Shown piece after piece: positions 46,901-59,615 of a stretch of DNA of 64,000 nucleotides. The number at the start of each line of letters is the position of its first letter. Position 1 is the stretch's first letter. The translations under genes and the position numbers were made by a program. The stretch is taken from positions 1,101,932 to 1,165,931 of the forward strand of contig RHPI01002090.1 in NCBI GenBank assembly GCA_009103225.1, read 5' to 3'. The notes under the pieces were generated by a model. That model saw nothing but the letters and a program-made list of their open reading frames with translations. It had not been told where the DNA came from and made no database searches. The stretch comes from Chlorokybus atmophyticus. Lineage: Eukaryota > Plantae > Mesostigma and Chlorokybus algae.

Positions 46901-48969
46901 GGGGCATGCCACCAGTTGTTAGGACAGACTCAGCTGACTATGCCATTTGCAGTGCTCTAATCAAGGCGTTGCTGGTTGAGGATGGACAAGGTGATCTACA
47001 GGTTATGCTTGCAACAGTTTTACTGTAGCAATTGGTGCTCACGCATGCTCCAACATGAATAGTCGCTTAAGGAACTAGTCTTTGCAGGTCAGCTGTCGGG
47101 CAGCCGCTGTCCTCGCGCATGTGCTGAAAAACAACACAAGGTGCAAGCAGAAGGTATGCGGCCCTTTGCTGGTGCGATCTGATTATATTTTCTGCATCAG
47201 TCTTGCGCAAAGCACTCACTGCACGGAATTTTTTAGATTCTACAGATTCCCCTGGAGATTCCTGCCTCTCCAGCATCACCACCAGACCTTCTCATGCCGC
47301 GCATTGTACAGTACCTGTCCACCGCAAACCGCACAGAGTCGACAGGCTGGCAGTTGCAGCCTGTGCTTCTACGATTGCTGGCCACATGGCTGTATGACTG
47401 CCCAGCCGCTGTTTCGGCTTTCCTCTCCACGCCATCGCACTTGCCGTTCCTTGGTGAGTTAGGCTGTGACTAGTGCTGTAAAGCATATAGGTTGTTAACT
47501 GGCCCATGCATGTCACATGGGTTTGGTCATCCAGTCGCACTCATTGTTGATTCGCCATTTGCGCTTCCAGCTGACATCGCCAGTCGAGGGACAACCATTC
47601 ATGCAATGGGTCTGGCAGCTGTGGTATTGGGTCTGTGCCTGGTTTACAATGCAGATGACACCGCCGCCCATGCATCAACGGTAGCAACTGAACATGTTCA
47701 TGGTATTTGTTGGCTCAGCACTTGGTTTTGAGGGCAAGTGGAACATGTCTGACTGAGCTGGTCTGTGCAGGTGCTTGACGTGATCAACATCCGCATAGGA
47801 CTGCCACAGTACTTTCAGAGATGGTATGTCTCTGGACACTTCACACTTCACAACACTTCCCTTCCCTTCACACTTCACTTCACACTCTTTACTTCACACT
47901 TCACTTGACTTCACTTCACACTTCACAACAACCTGCGCTGGTGTGCACGTGCTGACCGCCACATCGCAGGACCGACATGAGGCGCAGTGATCTTTTCCTA
48001 CAAGCAGCTGCAGCACCCAAGCTGCCAAAGGCCATGACTAGAGCTACAGCGGCGCAAGCCTTTTCTGAACCAGGTGCGTAGTGCGTATTGATTTGTCTGC
48101 AAGTGTCCCCCTAGAGGTGTAATGGTAGTTGCCTGTGGCCACTACGGACTAGCATAAATTGTGATTTTGCAGGCAAGGATTCCAGTAAAGCTGACAGCTG
48201 GGATGTCCCCATCTACGATGCTGAGTTCGTGATGTTTGTTGAGCTGTGCGAGGAGGCTGTCAAGTCGAAAACCATTAGCCTGTATGCTCGGCCTGATCAG
48301 CGACAGCCTCAGGAGACGCAATCGCAGTCACCCGTGGTCATTGATGATACGGCGGACTTGCAGCATCAGCTGTCGCAGTACCGCGAGCTGGTGCAGCGCC
48401 TGCAGGCAGACATTCGTGACTTGCAGGCGCGCAATGCTCGTCTAACAGAAAGCGCCGTGCAAGTGGGCAGAGCTGATGCACTCGACTCCAGCGCCAGTTC
48501 AGCCGAGGTGGTCGAGCTGCGCGCGCGGTTGCAAGCCGCCGAAGCCGCTATGCAGACGGCCATCAACGACGCGGCCTCATTGCAAACGGCGTTGCACGAG
48601 GCACAGGCGACGATCGCCAAGTATGAAGCAGACTTGCAGGGTCTTTCCGGGGCGTACAACACTCTCGAACAGGAAAACTACCGATTGGAAGAGCTGATGC
48701 AGATGCGACAGGGGGAAACAGCGCCAGCAGCTGCTGCCACTGCTGCGGTGCCATCTGAGGAAGCCCTGGCAGCGGCTCGTGAAGAGGGCCGTGAGGCGGC
48801 CGCTGCAGAGTTTGAGACGGAGATGAATGACTTGCTGGTATGCCTCGGGCAAGAAGAGACCAAAACGGAACGCCTCCGCAACCGCCTTGAAGCCCTTGGA
48901 GTAGATGTAGATGCGCTCCTGGCTACAGCCGTGGAGCAAAGCGGAGCGCAAGGTGAGGAAGGAGGTTGA
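43927..48969 (+). CDS. USO1: Golgi tether USO1/p115 (golgin candidate 6-like)
   Basis: EEEDFYVRYHAVQLLT; PMGVSRLMDM; VIRNEALLLLVALTRSNDEIQKIVVFE; DCLELLNNLLRGN; C-terminal coiled coil ending EMNDLLVCLGQEETKTERL. Confidence 0.93.
47836..47930 (+). repeat. Degenerate (CACTT/CACACTT)n satellite in a USO1 intron
   Basis: cacttcacacttcacaacacttcccttcccttcacacttcacttcacac... Confidence 0.8.
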
Positions 48970-49656
48970 GAGTTCAGGACAAGTAGGCAGTGTTGAAAAC
49001 ATCGTGTGGCACATTGTTTTGCGATTGCTCCCAGTGTATGTAGTGATCATCGTCCATGTAGTCAAGTCAACCCAATTGTCGGTGGAGCGCATATGCACAG
49101 ATACAAAGCAATGCGAAGTAAAGAACATATGCACGCATATGTATTCAACACTGAAGGGAACATGCACGCCTGGGCCCGGCATACATACACGTATTGCAAA
49201 CTGTATGGCGCACTATGGTAGATTTAGAGCAGATGCATTAACGTTACAGTCAATACTACCTGCTGATAATCAAAGTCAGCAAATCATTAGCTGACTCTTG
49301 GTTTGGTTAGGTTGAATCATATCAATCAATCTTAAACGACATTGCTTATGCCAAGCTATTGCACATGTACACAGCAAGGTACTCTTGCAGGGCATTTTGG
49401 GGAGTTGGTCAATTGCGCAGTTGAAATATTGCAAGGGCTGTAGCGTAGTTTCAGTATACCAATAACTACCCTGAAGATAGATGTCAGAAGATAACCGCGT
49501 CAGCTGTTGTCTCTGCCAGACATCCAGCTGAATGTCTCGCAGAAACACCCAGCGCTGTTGGACTAGACTTGTTTGCCAACGGGTCTGAGTTATGCGATTG
49601 GTATCATACTAATTGAAGCACAATGATATCGCGCTGTGCAGTATCATGCCCTCCCC

Positions 49657-49978
49657 NNNNNNNNNNNNNNNNNNNNNNNNNNNNNNNNNNNNNNNNNNNN
49701 NNNNNNNNNNNNNNNNNNNNNNNNNNNNNNNNNNNNNNNNNNNNNNNNNNNNNNNNNNNNNNNNNNNNNNNNNNNNNNNNNNNNNNNNNNNNNNNNNNNN
49801 NNNNNNNNNNNNNNNNNNNNNNNNNNNNNNNNNNNNNNNNNNNNNNNNNNNNNNNNNNNNNNNNNNNNNNNNNNNNNNNNNNNNNNNNNNNNNNNNNNNN
49901 NNNNNNNNNNNNNNNNNNNNNNNNNNNNNNNNNNNNNNNNNNNNNNNNNNNNNNNNNNNNNNNNNNNNNNNNNNNNNN
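49657..49978. other. Assembly gap followed by (CT)n at 49979-50004
   Basis: Run of N, then ctctctct. Confidence 0.99.
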
Positions 49979-51276
49979 CTCTCTCTCTCTCTCTCTCTCT
50001 CTCTCCAATACGTAGCGGTACACATAGCACAACCATGCATGGGCGCGCACGCAGGCACGCACAAACGTGCACAAACACAGTTGTTGGTGCATGAAGTACC
50101 CAAAGGATTCGGTGTGAGTGATGTTGCGACCATAGTCTTTGCGCCCATTGTAGTGCATTCCCCCCTCTGTACCCGCACTTATAATCCGCTGCGCTGGAAG
50201 CTTATGCGTGTTTTACAAGTTTGCAATATAGATCCATATGCAATTCTCAAACACCAGCGCCTTTTGCTAGTGTCACCCAGTGGAAAATCAGTTCGTAACA
50301 GCGTGGAACATACGCTGCATCTCGCACACACTGCCCGAAACCACACACGAAGACCTGTAGCCATGGGTATAGACGTCACATCTCTTTTATAGCAGTCGAG
50401 CAATAATGTCTGACAATGTGATTTCTGTACTTGCACAGAACAAGCATGCAGGGGGAACAACATGTGCAAAGTGTAGAACTCTGGCCACGAGCACGGCAAT
50501 GGGACAAGGGGGCTGCAGGAGCAAACATTAATGGAGACCAATTGTTAATTTGGCAGTGCACTGTGTGTTGTAGCGCCCTCCTTATGCTCACTTCTACTGG
50601 TTGTTTGGCCAACAGCGGCTCTCTCAACAGAAAACAGGATTTGTTGATCACATCATTTGTCAGTAGTCATGCGCCAAGAACGGTGTACACAAACATGCAA
50701 TGATAGTGACATGCAGGCAATCGTCATACACTCACAAGTACCTGTACACGATTGCAAAGCGTCGAGCGCACATGCATGCATAGCACGCAACTTACCGTAA
50801 CTAACACTCAACAACATCCGGTCCATACATCATGTGCAAGTATGCGCATGGAGACATACGGAAAGATAGAGGGGCCTGAGATACAAGCAGTTACGACGCA
50901 ATAATCAACAAGACATTGCAAACATAGGAGTTTAAACAAGCAAACCAAGCACATGGGCCCAACGCGAATTACACACAGGGCAAGATGAACGGTTTTCACA
51001 ACTACCAAACCTGGAACCCATATCATTGAGAAATAGCTCCAACCACAACTTCCTCAAGGAGACAACCTTAGTTGTCCAACTTCGCACCAACACAAGTTCT
51101 AACAACTCAGAACACACTGTAGTACACTACACCCGCAACGGTGCAAGCCTATGTACAGCACTGTTTGAACAGTGCTATGTGATGTGCAACAATCGAACTC
51201 GTTGCGGACTCCTCACGCCATCACACCGCTTCGCGCATGTCCCCTTCCTGGACAACAGTTCACAGCAACAACAACA

Positions 51277-54069
51277 TCATTCCACTTGCAAGGCCGCCAC
51301 GCGCACGTCCTCGTCGGGCGGCTCTTGTCCCAGAGCTTGCGAGTAGGTGCTTCCTCCAAACATTGGCTGCATGAAGCGGTCATCGACATAGCTCCATATA
51401 TCGTGTATCCAAGTGGGGTGGCGTCCGCGTCGCACGAGCAGGAGGGGCTGCTGCAACAGCTGTCCGTCGGCATTCTCCGACAGGCCCGGCAAATGGGCGC
51501 TCACCGTGGACCCGCCGTCGGGGTTGTACACGGGGACGGACTCCACGCCTCCGTGCTTGGTGGAGGCCGTGATGAGCCAGCTGACCAGCGGCTGCGTGAT
51601 GGCGCCGAAGACAAGCACCGACACGAGGACCACGAGCAGGCACGACACCACGATCGTGGCGTAGGGGCCGGGTCCCGCCGACGGTGAACTGGCGTTGGCA
51701 AACTGGTGGTACACCAATGCGACGGATATCGCCCCGCGCATCAGGCCGCCCCACCACAGCACCAGCTGACGCCGCGCGTCCAGACGCTGCGAGCGATCGG
51801 TGAACGCGTTCGACAGCCCCATCAAAGGAAACACAAACGCCGCGCGACCCAAAGCAAGCAGCAGGAACAACGCGCTCGCCACGCGTATCACGGTGGGCGT
51901 GTCCGCCTGACTCCATTTGCTTGGATCCAGACTATCAATGCCAACATACCTGTCCAAAGAAAAACCAACATTCTCATCCTTGTTAACTTCTTCCTTTCTA
52001 GCCAAAGCGAGCAACAGGAGTGATTCAACATGCTTACACGAAGGTGAATGTCTCAGCAATGTAGGCAAGTGTCCGGAAAGCAAACTTGGTGGTAATCTTC
52101 GCGCCTTCCGCCATGGAGTGCCAGGTGTAATGGCTCATGATGATGCCGGTGAAGAAGACCGTCATGATACCGCTCAAGTCCAGCAACTCCGCTATCAAGT
52201 ACGAAAGGTACGCCAACAAACCCATCAAAGCCGTCTGCATCACACGCCACCGTTCATCACACAACCACATACGAACGCACGCACGCATCACCCAAGCAAT
52301 CGCAACAAGGGGTCACCTCATGGTCCGTAGAGTGTCGGTCCGGGAAGAAGACTCTGCGCATGATGTACGCCGACAGCAGCCCAACAGCGAAACCCAGCAT
52401 CACGCTGCTGATGAACAGGTAAACGATGTTCACGGCAATCTGCGCGAGCTCAGCGATGCCAAACTGCAATAGTTGCGTTCCAATCCGGTCAATTGCCCTC
52501 ATGAGCACAACAGTGGTGGCATCGTTCAAAACTCCCTCCCCGAACATAAGGCTGTACAACACCGGGAATTGGTTCTGGTCTAACACCTGCAAGTGTCAAT
52601 TGCAATCAACCATGCAAGTTGTGGTGAGACGGTGAGCACACTGTTCGGACATCACACACACGCGCGCGCGCACACGCACGCGCACACTGGCTTCCGCACG
52701 CGTGTGCAGTAGTGGAAGAGTGATGCAACTGTTGCAATGAAAAGAACCACACACATTGCACGATTCCCTCTTTTTTAACAGACCTGCAGAACCATGACTG
52801 TGTCCGTGGAGGAGAAGAGTGCTCCTATGGCTGCAAACAGGATAACGGACATAAAGGTATGGTTACTACTAAGTATGTGCCAGACCAATCGATAAGCGGG
52901 TTAACACTTAACGCAGTGTTACCCCAAAGCAACTTAGCTCCAAGTACTCTTTCAGCAGCATGGCTTACCTAGGTGATCGTTGACTGTGAGCGAGGGCAGA
53001 CCCAAGAGAGGCAGCAGTATCATTGAACCTGCGACAGGCGGTGGGGGGAGGTTGTGGTACTAGGCAAGACACACATGCACATGTTGTGCTTTGAGCATTT
53101 CACAGCGACAGCCAGACCTCAACATGGCCGCTCGCACTCATGTGTTCATAGACTAGGCTACAATTTTTATGGAACATCATATCCATTGCGCGAATTACCT
53201 GTGGCGACAACAGCAACCGAGATGAAGGTGCCTATTACTCCAAACAGCATAATGCGTGTGAAGTTTCTGAAGAAGTTCTTCTTCTTCATCGAAAAGCCTA
53301 CGGCACGCATGGCTGATTATACATTGCTCATGCATGCATTGACTATTGCGTGACGCACATGCTGCTTGTGCTCGTGTGCGTGGCGGTACATGTTTGCGAG
53401 GGCACGAGGGCGCGCGGGTGTGCATGTGCATGCTCGCACATGCGTGTGCGTATTTATGTGCCTGATGGCATGAGCAAACGCACCAGAGTGATGGACACGA
53501 AGATTTACCTGCGTTGAATATGATGGGCGGTAGCAGGTAGATGAAGAATATTGTCTCGTCAAGCTGTAGAAGATGCAGGCTAACGCTTCCTTGCCTCATG
53601 CCTTGCACAATCAAAACGCAGCCTCCCGCAGCCATACCCTGTTGCACACGAAGTCATGCATGCAGCACATCAGCCTGCTGGTACACGCTAATCTGACTGA
53701 AATGACAGCTGAAGTGCGTTTTCAAACTGAACATGCCGTGTAGAGTGCAGATGAGATATGAGATTGTTACAACACAGAATAAGTGCAAAGCAGCCTGCGC
53801 TTGCTCAACCTGCGTGACCACAACTGCAAGAGTGGTTACTAGTTACTGACTGCTTCCCACGACAAAACTCACCGCACACGCACGTAATAGTTTGTCACAC
53901 TTGTATGCATGCGAGCCTTTCTTTTGTTTGTGTCCCAATGTCCACTTACTATGAGCACGTCCATGGAAGCCTCGTTGAGGAAGCGCGTCTGACGGAGGAA
54001 GGTCCCCGCGAAAATGCACGCCGTCACCGTCAGCGTCAGCAGCGTGATGCCCAGCACGTACGGGTCCAT
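51277..54069 (-). CDS. NHX: Plant-type vacuolar/endosomal Na+(K+)/H+ antiporter
   Basis: FFIYLLPPIIFNAG; KKKNFFRNF; LYSLMFGEGVLNDATTVVL; HSTDHE; LSYLIAELLDLSGIMTVFFTGIIMSHY; WWGGLMRGAISVAL. Confidence 0.95.
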
Positions 54070-55560
54070 GGTCGCTGCCGTCCGCCCAACAACAACCACA
54101 GCAGCAACGACTACCACCAGGTCAGTGAGCAACTAGCCGCAAATGAAGAGCGTGTATACAACCACGTTCAGCTACCAAAGAGAGGTCATCCGGCAGCTCC
54201 TCTCTGCAGCCACCTGAGCGCCCCTGCCTGCGTGCGCCTCCTCCACCAGCGGCGGCGACAGCAGCAGGGAAGCGCTGTAGGCGACATCAGCAGCGTATGC
54301 GTTGATGACGACGGTGAGGATTGTATCAAGCAGGCGCTTGCCTTCTCACTGAGAGGCGTGTTGCTGCCGCGCACTGCCGACCAACGCCACGAAGCGGGTC
54401 GAAGCCTGCGCTGAGTGTGGCCAAGGTGCAACGGCACATGTGCAATGGTCATGCACGCCGCATGACCGCTGTGCTCTGGCCACGCGAATGCGCTTATTGG
54501 CATGGCTGAAAGAGGAGGAGTCCTCGTCGTGCCAACGACGAGCAGCGTCGAGTGAGCAGACGTGCTTGCGCCGCTGTCGTACTATCCAACGTTCTACCCA
54601 CCGTTCTAACCAAGGCACTTCGTGCAACAGGTTGGTTGCTACCCTACTGCCAACTGCCTGCTGCTTCACACCCCTCCACCCCAACTGCACGCGCTTACCT
54701 ACTGCACATAGCAATAGCTAAGCATTGCCCCTGCTATAGTAAAGTCCTTGCCGCTTGCTGCTTTTGCTTGCTTGTGCCTTGCTAGCTTAACCTTTTGCAA
54801 TTGTTTTGCATCTGGCCTATAGATAAGCCTAGACATGCCTCTCCTTGCCCTGAACGCCTGCTATTTGCTGCTCACCCCTCCCCTAACCTCTGCCCAGCAC
54901 GCAGGCAGGCTGCGAGTGGCAGCCCGGTTGAGGCCTTCATGCCATCCCCCCCAATTAGACACCGTGGTGTCGCAACTTGCATTCTCGAGTGTCATGCTAT
55001 ACATACATCGTGTACTGAATACACAGTAAGCATCACAAATGCATGAATGCTGGTATAGTTCGCTCAACGGCAAGCTTGCAAACTGCACGCTCTGCAGGTC
55101 AAGACGAACTTGTGTCATTTACTCCCAATCAGCGGACACAACAAACATGCTTACAACGGTATGCATGACACATATGCAGCATATTATCTCTTGTACATAA
55201 GGACTTGTTGCAAGGCTTCCAGTCTATCCGCAGTCAAGCGACAACGGTGCTTGCGCACTCAGTGCACCAAGCTTTGACAAGCAAAATAGCAGACCCTGAC
55301 GTCGCCACCATGTTAAATCATTGTATACCAGAAAGCAGCTGTCCAACTGTCCAACTCTAACAACGCTCTAGGGCACCGAACAGCTCGTTGCAGCAGCAGC
55401 AGCAGCAGCAGTAGCGGCACATGTTCTCGTGTGAACTGGTCACGTGTGTTATTGAGTTTGGAGCGAGCGGAGGCAAATGCATGCCCAATCACCCTGCCAA
55501 GCTTTGTGTGCAATCTGTGCAACCCAACCCAACCTCTGTACAGTATAATACAAGATCTTT

Positions 55561-57490
55561 TCAAGCACCTTGAGATGGTGCTTGAACAGGTTCGACCTTG
55601 GCCGCCTCAGTGTACTCGTTCTTGCTTTCATCATATGCATACCTATGCACAGTTGTCAGCGGCAATCAAGCATTGCACCAACATAATTGCGCTGAGTATG
55701 TGTACGCAAAAACGACAAGTTCGATAGCATGCTGTAAAGGCTCTTACCAAGTGCCAGTTGCAGGGTTCCCATAAAGCCCGGTTGAAGGGTCGTAGTAGTA
55801 CCCGAGACTGCTATTGTAGTAGTACCTATCAGGAACTTTTTGTTTGATATGTATTATGGTTGCTGCTGACACACAATCCAAGCAGACACTCACCCGCTTG
55901 TTACGTCATAAGTATACCCAGAAGCGGATGCATTACTGCTTGCTACAGCTGCCAGCGATACAACCCTGTTAGGTCCACGAAACTTGACAACTGGTGCGCA
56001 AATACATCGCGCGCCAGCAGCTTGCCTGTGGATGCTGTGTGACCATTGGAGCTCTGGACAGGTACTGCTGGCCCTGCATCTTCATCGGCATCTGCGAAGA
56101 TGTCTCCTGGCACGGTTTGCTGCATTCGAAGTATCGCCTCATACCCAGCTGTTCAACAGTACTCATCAGCACGCGATGACCCGCCAACCACAAACTCAAG
56201 CGCACCACATGACTACCCACCTGCCTCTCTGTCAAAAGTTTCCTGCTTGTCGGAATACACGTCTGCAGACGGTCAAGGCACACAGCAACACATAAAGTTC
56301 AACATGACAAGCACAGTAGACCAAGGGTTTTGGTGGATACTGTACTCCCCACTGTCCATCAGGGTGGCTGCATCCTCAGTCAACTGATTGAATAGCGCTT
56401 TGTTTCTGTCTGACAACGATGCATGACCAGTGCCGGGTTTCTTGGCTTGACCAGGTCGCAAACTTCGTTCTCTATTACCGCCAAGACGCCGAAGCGCCGC
56501 CATCACCTAGCAAAGAAGTCCACATGGTCAGCAGTGGTCTTTGGTTGTGCTTGTTACCATAATCAACTCAAAAGCGCCTCAGGTGCTTCATCGCTGGCTT
56601 GCGGTGAGGTATGATACCCGTGAGTTTGCATCTATGTGTGCAAGCCACACTTACTGTTTCCCCGGGTTCAAGCGCATCTGCGATTCTGCGCTTTACTGCA
56701 GCAACATCTGCGCGCGTCATGTCTCTTGCCTCGTCTTCTGCGGCCTGTTCAGCAGCATGCTGTTGCCGTACACGCTCTGCCAGCGTTTCGTCCACCTCTG
56801 CAGTATCCAACCATGCATCCTGCGTGAACTCGCTGAGTAAGTGAGTGACTGAATGAGGTCGCTGATGATAAGTGGCAAACCTCCGTAGCTTGCTTACATG
56901 AATGTCTTTCTCCAGCCGATACTCCACGTAATTGCCATGGGCGTCAAAGTACCCCTCCTCGCGTTCGTTCTTTAAGTGGAACGGGTCCATAGGTACTCCA
57001 GCATCATTAACGGCCTCCTCAGGATCCTATACAACACATGAGAGGCCTCATGAGCGAGCGACCACGCTGTAATAACGAAGGACTGCAGCACAGCAGCAAC
57101 AATTCTTCACCTAGCCTTAACTAGATTGTTCACAGTCGATGACACGAGCAAAACACCAGACCGCGGTGCATGCATTGCACGTACATCCTCCTCTGCGCGG
57201 GAGATGTCGTCAGGTATGCTGGTATCATCCAGAGCGTCCCGGTGCTTGCGTGCAAGAGCGCGGCGCTTGGCTGCGAGCTGCGGGTCGACCCCTTTGACGG
57301 GGCCCGTGTCGTCGTCAGCTCCCAGCAGATCCCCCTTCCTGCCTTTCCGACCCTTCGGGAAGAGCTCCGTGCGCGGACCCGCTGGCGCAGAGTCATCCTC
57401 GTCGCCCACAATCCCTATGCCCTCCTCCTCAAACCTCACCCTCCGCTTCTTGCCCCCGGTCTCCGCTGCCGCCGCCGCCGCCTCCTCCAT
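55561..57490 (-). CDS. CD2BP2: CD2BP2/LIN1/U5-52K-like spliceosomal protein with a C-terminal OCRE-type repeat
   Basis: DPFHLKNEREEGYFDAHGNYV; DAWLD; AALRRLGG; FNQLTEDAATLM. Final exons YYYNSSLGYYYDPSTGLYGNPATGTW | YAYDESKNEYTE. Confidence 0.8.
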
Positions 57491-58064
57491 CGCACCAGGC
57501 TACGCCACCACTGTTGCGCTTGCTTAGCTCCCCCGCCAGACCCGTTGCCGGTGTGCCACCGAACCCTAATTCCACAGCGGAAGGAAGCTGCAACGCTAAC
57601 GGCAAGCAAGCCGCAGTAGGGGACTTGACCTTCCGAATGGCTGGATCAAGCACAAGCATCGGACGGCTGGCGAGCGCTGTTTGCTACGATAGCCCAGCCA
57701 CTCAGCGTCTCACACGTGGCCAGTGCGTAGGCAGTGCGTGCGTGCGTAGGCAGTGCTACCTAGGCCCGTGGTCCGCTGGTGGCGGCGGCGGCGGCGGCGG
57801 CGTTCTGGTTCCGCTGAGGTTACAGCAGAGGTGATAACCGCTGCGAGACCACCAGATCACAACCGCCTTGCTTTGCCTATATTTATCACAACAGGTGCTG
57901 CTGGACCTGGCTGCCGGCAGATAGCGTTGGCTCACGCAATGCACTTGCTGCTGTCTTTGAGATGCTGACCGGGAGACGTCGTCTTCTGTTGTGTGCGCTT
58001 CGAAGTTTGAGGCTAACGGAAGGGAGCACAGTTTCACTTTCTTGTGTGCGTCTCGTTTGCAGTC

Positions 58065-59210
58065 ATGCAGGCCGCCTGCTGCGGCCGGACGGCCATTCCG
58101 CTCGCTACGGTGACAGATGTGGCGCCTTGCTCAAGGAGACCGCTGTATGGTGCTGTTGCGGCCGCCAGGTAAAGCGGATGGCATTGTCGCGCATGTTCTG
58201 GGCTGTCGGTGCACATTGCAATGCATGCATACATGCATGCATGGCAATGTGCGCCGCAATACCATGGATTGTGTGCATTGCCATGGATTGCTTTACAGCA
58301 CACTGATTCATTGCACACTCAAGCCGATCTATTCCTGTGTTGCTAAAGAAGTTGAAGCATTGCTGACAACCAGTACGCGGCACAGTCGTGATTCCTGTAT
58401 TGAGTGCCGTGTCTGATTGTGCCTTTACAGAACATACCTTTTGGTAGATTGCTATCATCGTTGGTTACATGTCATCTTCAGCAGGCATGTTTTGAAAGCA
58501 CGCCTACGATGGCTGCCATCGGCGACGCTTCCTTTGCGCGTGCGAGCTGTGAGGCATGCGCAAAGGAAAGGCACTGCGGCTGTGCGCAGCTCAGCTGCCA
58601 TAGCGGATGCTCCTGTCGAGCTGGACGCAGACTTTGTGGCTTCAATCAATGAGGTGTGCATGTGGAGGGTTGTGTCAGAAGTCCAGTTGCCTCTTTTTTA
58701 CGCCTCTGACTGACTCCCAACTGTAGGTTTGCAATAAGGTGCTGAGAGTTATTTTGTCGGAGGACATCCAGCTTGTGTCGCAGTACAAGCAAGAGCTGGA
58801 CGAGCTGGGCCAGTTTTTGGTGCAGGAGGGTGAGATGGACGCAGCACTGCTCATGCTTGTGTTGCAGGCCATGCTTGACCACAGGGTAAGCGTAGTTTCT
58901 TGGTCTGTCTGGACGTCGATATTGCCATGTGGTGTCATGCAATTGTTGCCAAAGGTTGCGCCAACCAATGCCATGTCAGATGACCAAAGAGGCAAAGGCG
59001 CTCAAAGGCATCTACCGAACTGCGTATGAGAAGATCGGTGCTTTGGTAGAAGACTGCGGGTGGAAGCTGTCAGATCCAGAAGAGGAAGGCCAGGCCATGG
59101 TTAGTGCTGGCAGAACTAGCACACGTGAGCATGTTGCACAACTATGTCCTCATGAGCTGTTTGTCCAGGTGGATGACGAGCTGCTTCCCCCAGTGATGGG
59201 CCAGTACTGA
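58065..59210 (+). CDS. Unknown helical protein with a probable plastid transit peptide (5 exons)
   Basis: Phase-consistent exons MQAACCGR...AAAR | HVLKARLRW...ASINE | VLRVILSED...MLDHR | MTKEAKALKG...GQAM | VDDELLPPVMGQY*. Confidence 0.75.
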
Positions 59211-59615
59211 GTCACCAGAGAGGTTACGCAACCCGCAAAGGCCAACGGGTCTGCTCTAGTATCTAGCGTCCTAACGCCAACAACACATTGGCAACTACTA
59301 ATAGCTACGTGCAGTAATGATTGTTTCTGAGATGCATAATATGCTTTGCGGTCAACAGGTCGTTCAACAGTCCATTGGCTTCACGTGACCAGTTGACAGT
59401 GTTTCGTATCCCATGCCAAGCCTGCACAACACAGGAGACAACCAGAAATGTTTGATGCATGCACATAATTGCTGCTGGCATGATTCAGTGCAGAATTGCA
59501 CATACCTCACAAGTGACTCAATTGCGTGTGAATGCTTGTCTGCAGCAATCAAACTGGGGCTCTGCTGTCACCAGATGATGGTTCGTGCGTAATGTTGGTG
59601 CAGTATACGATGGCC

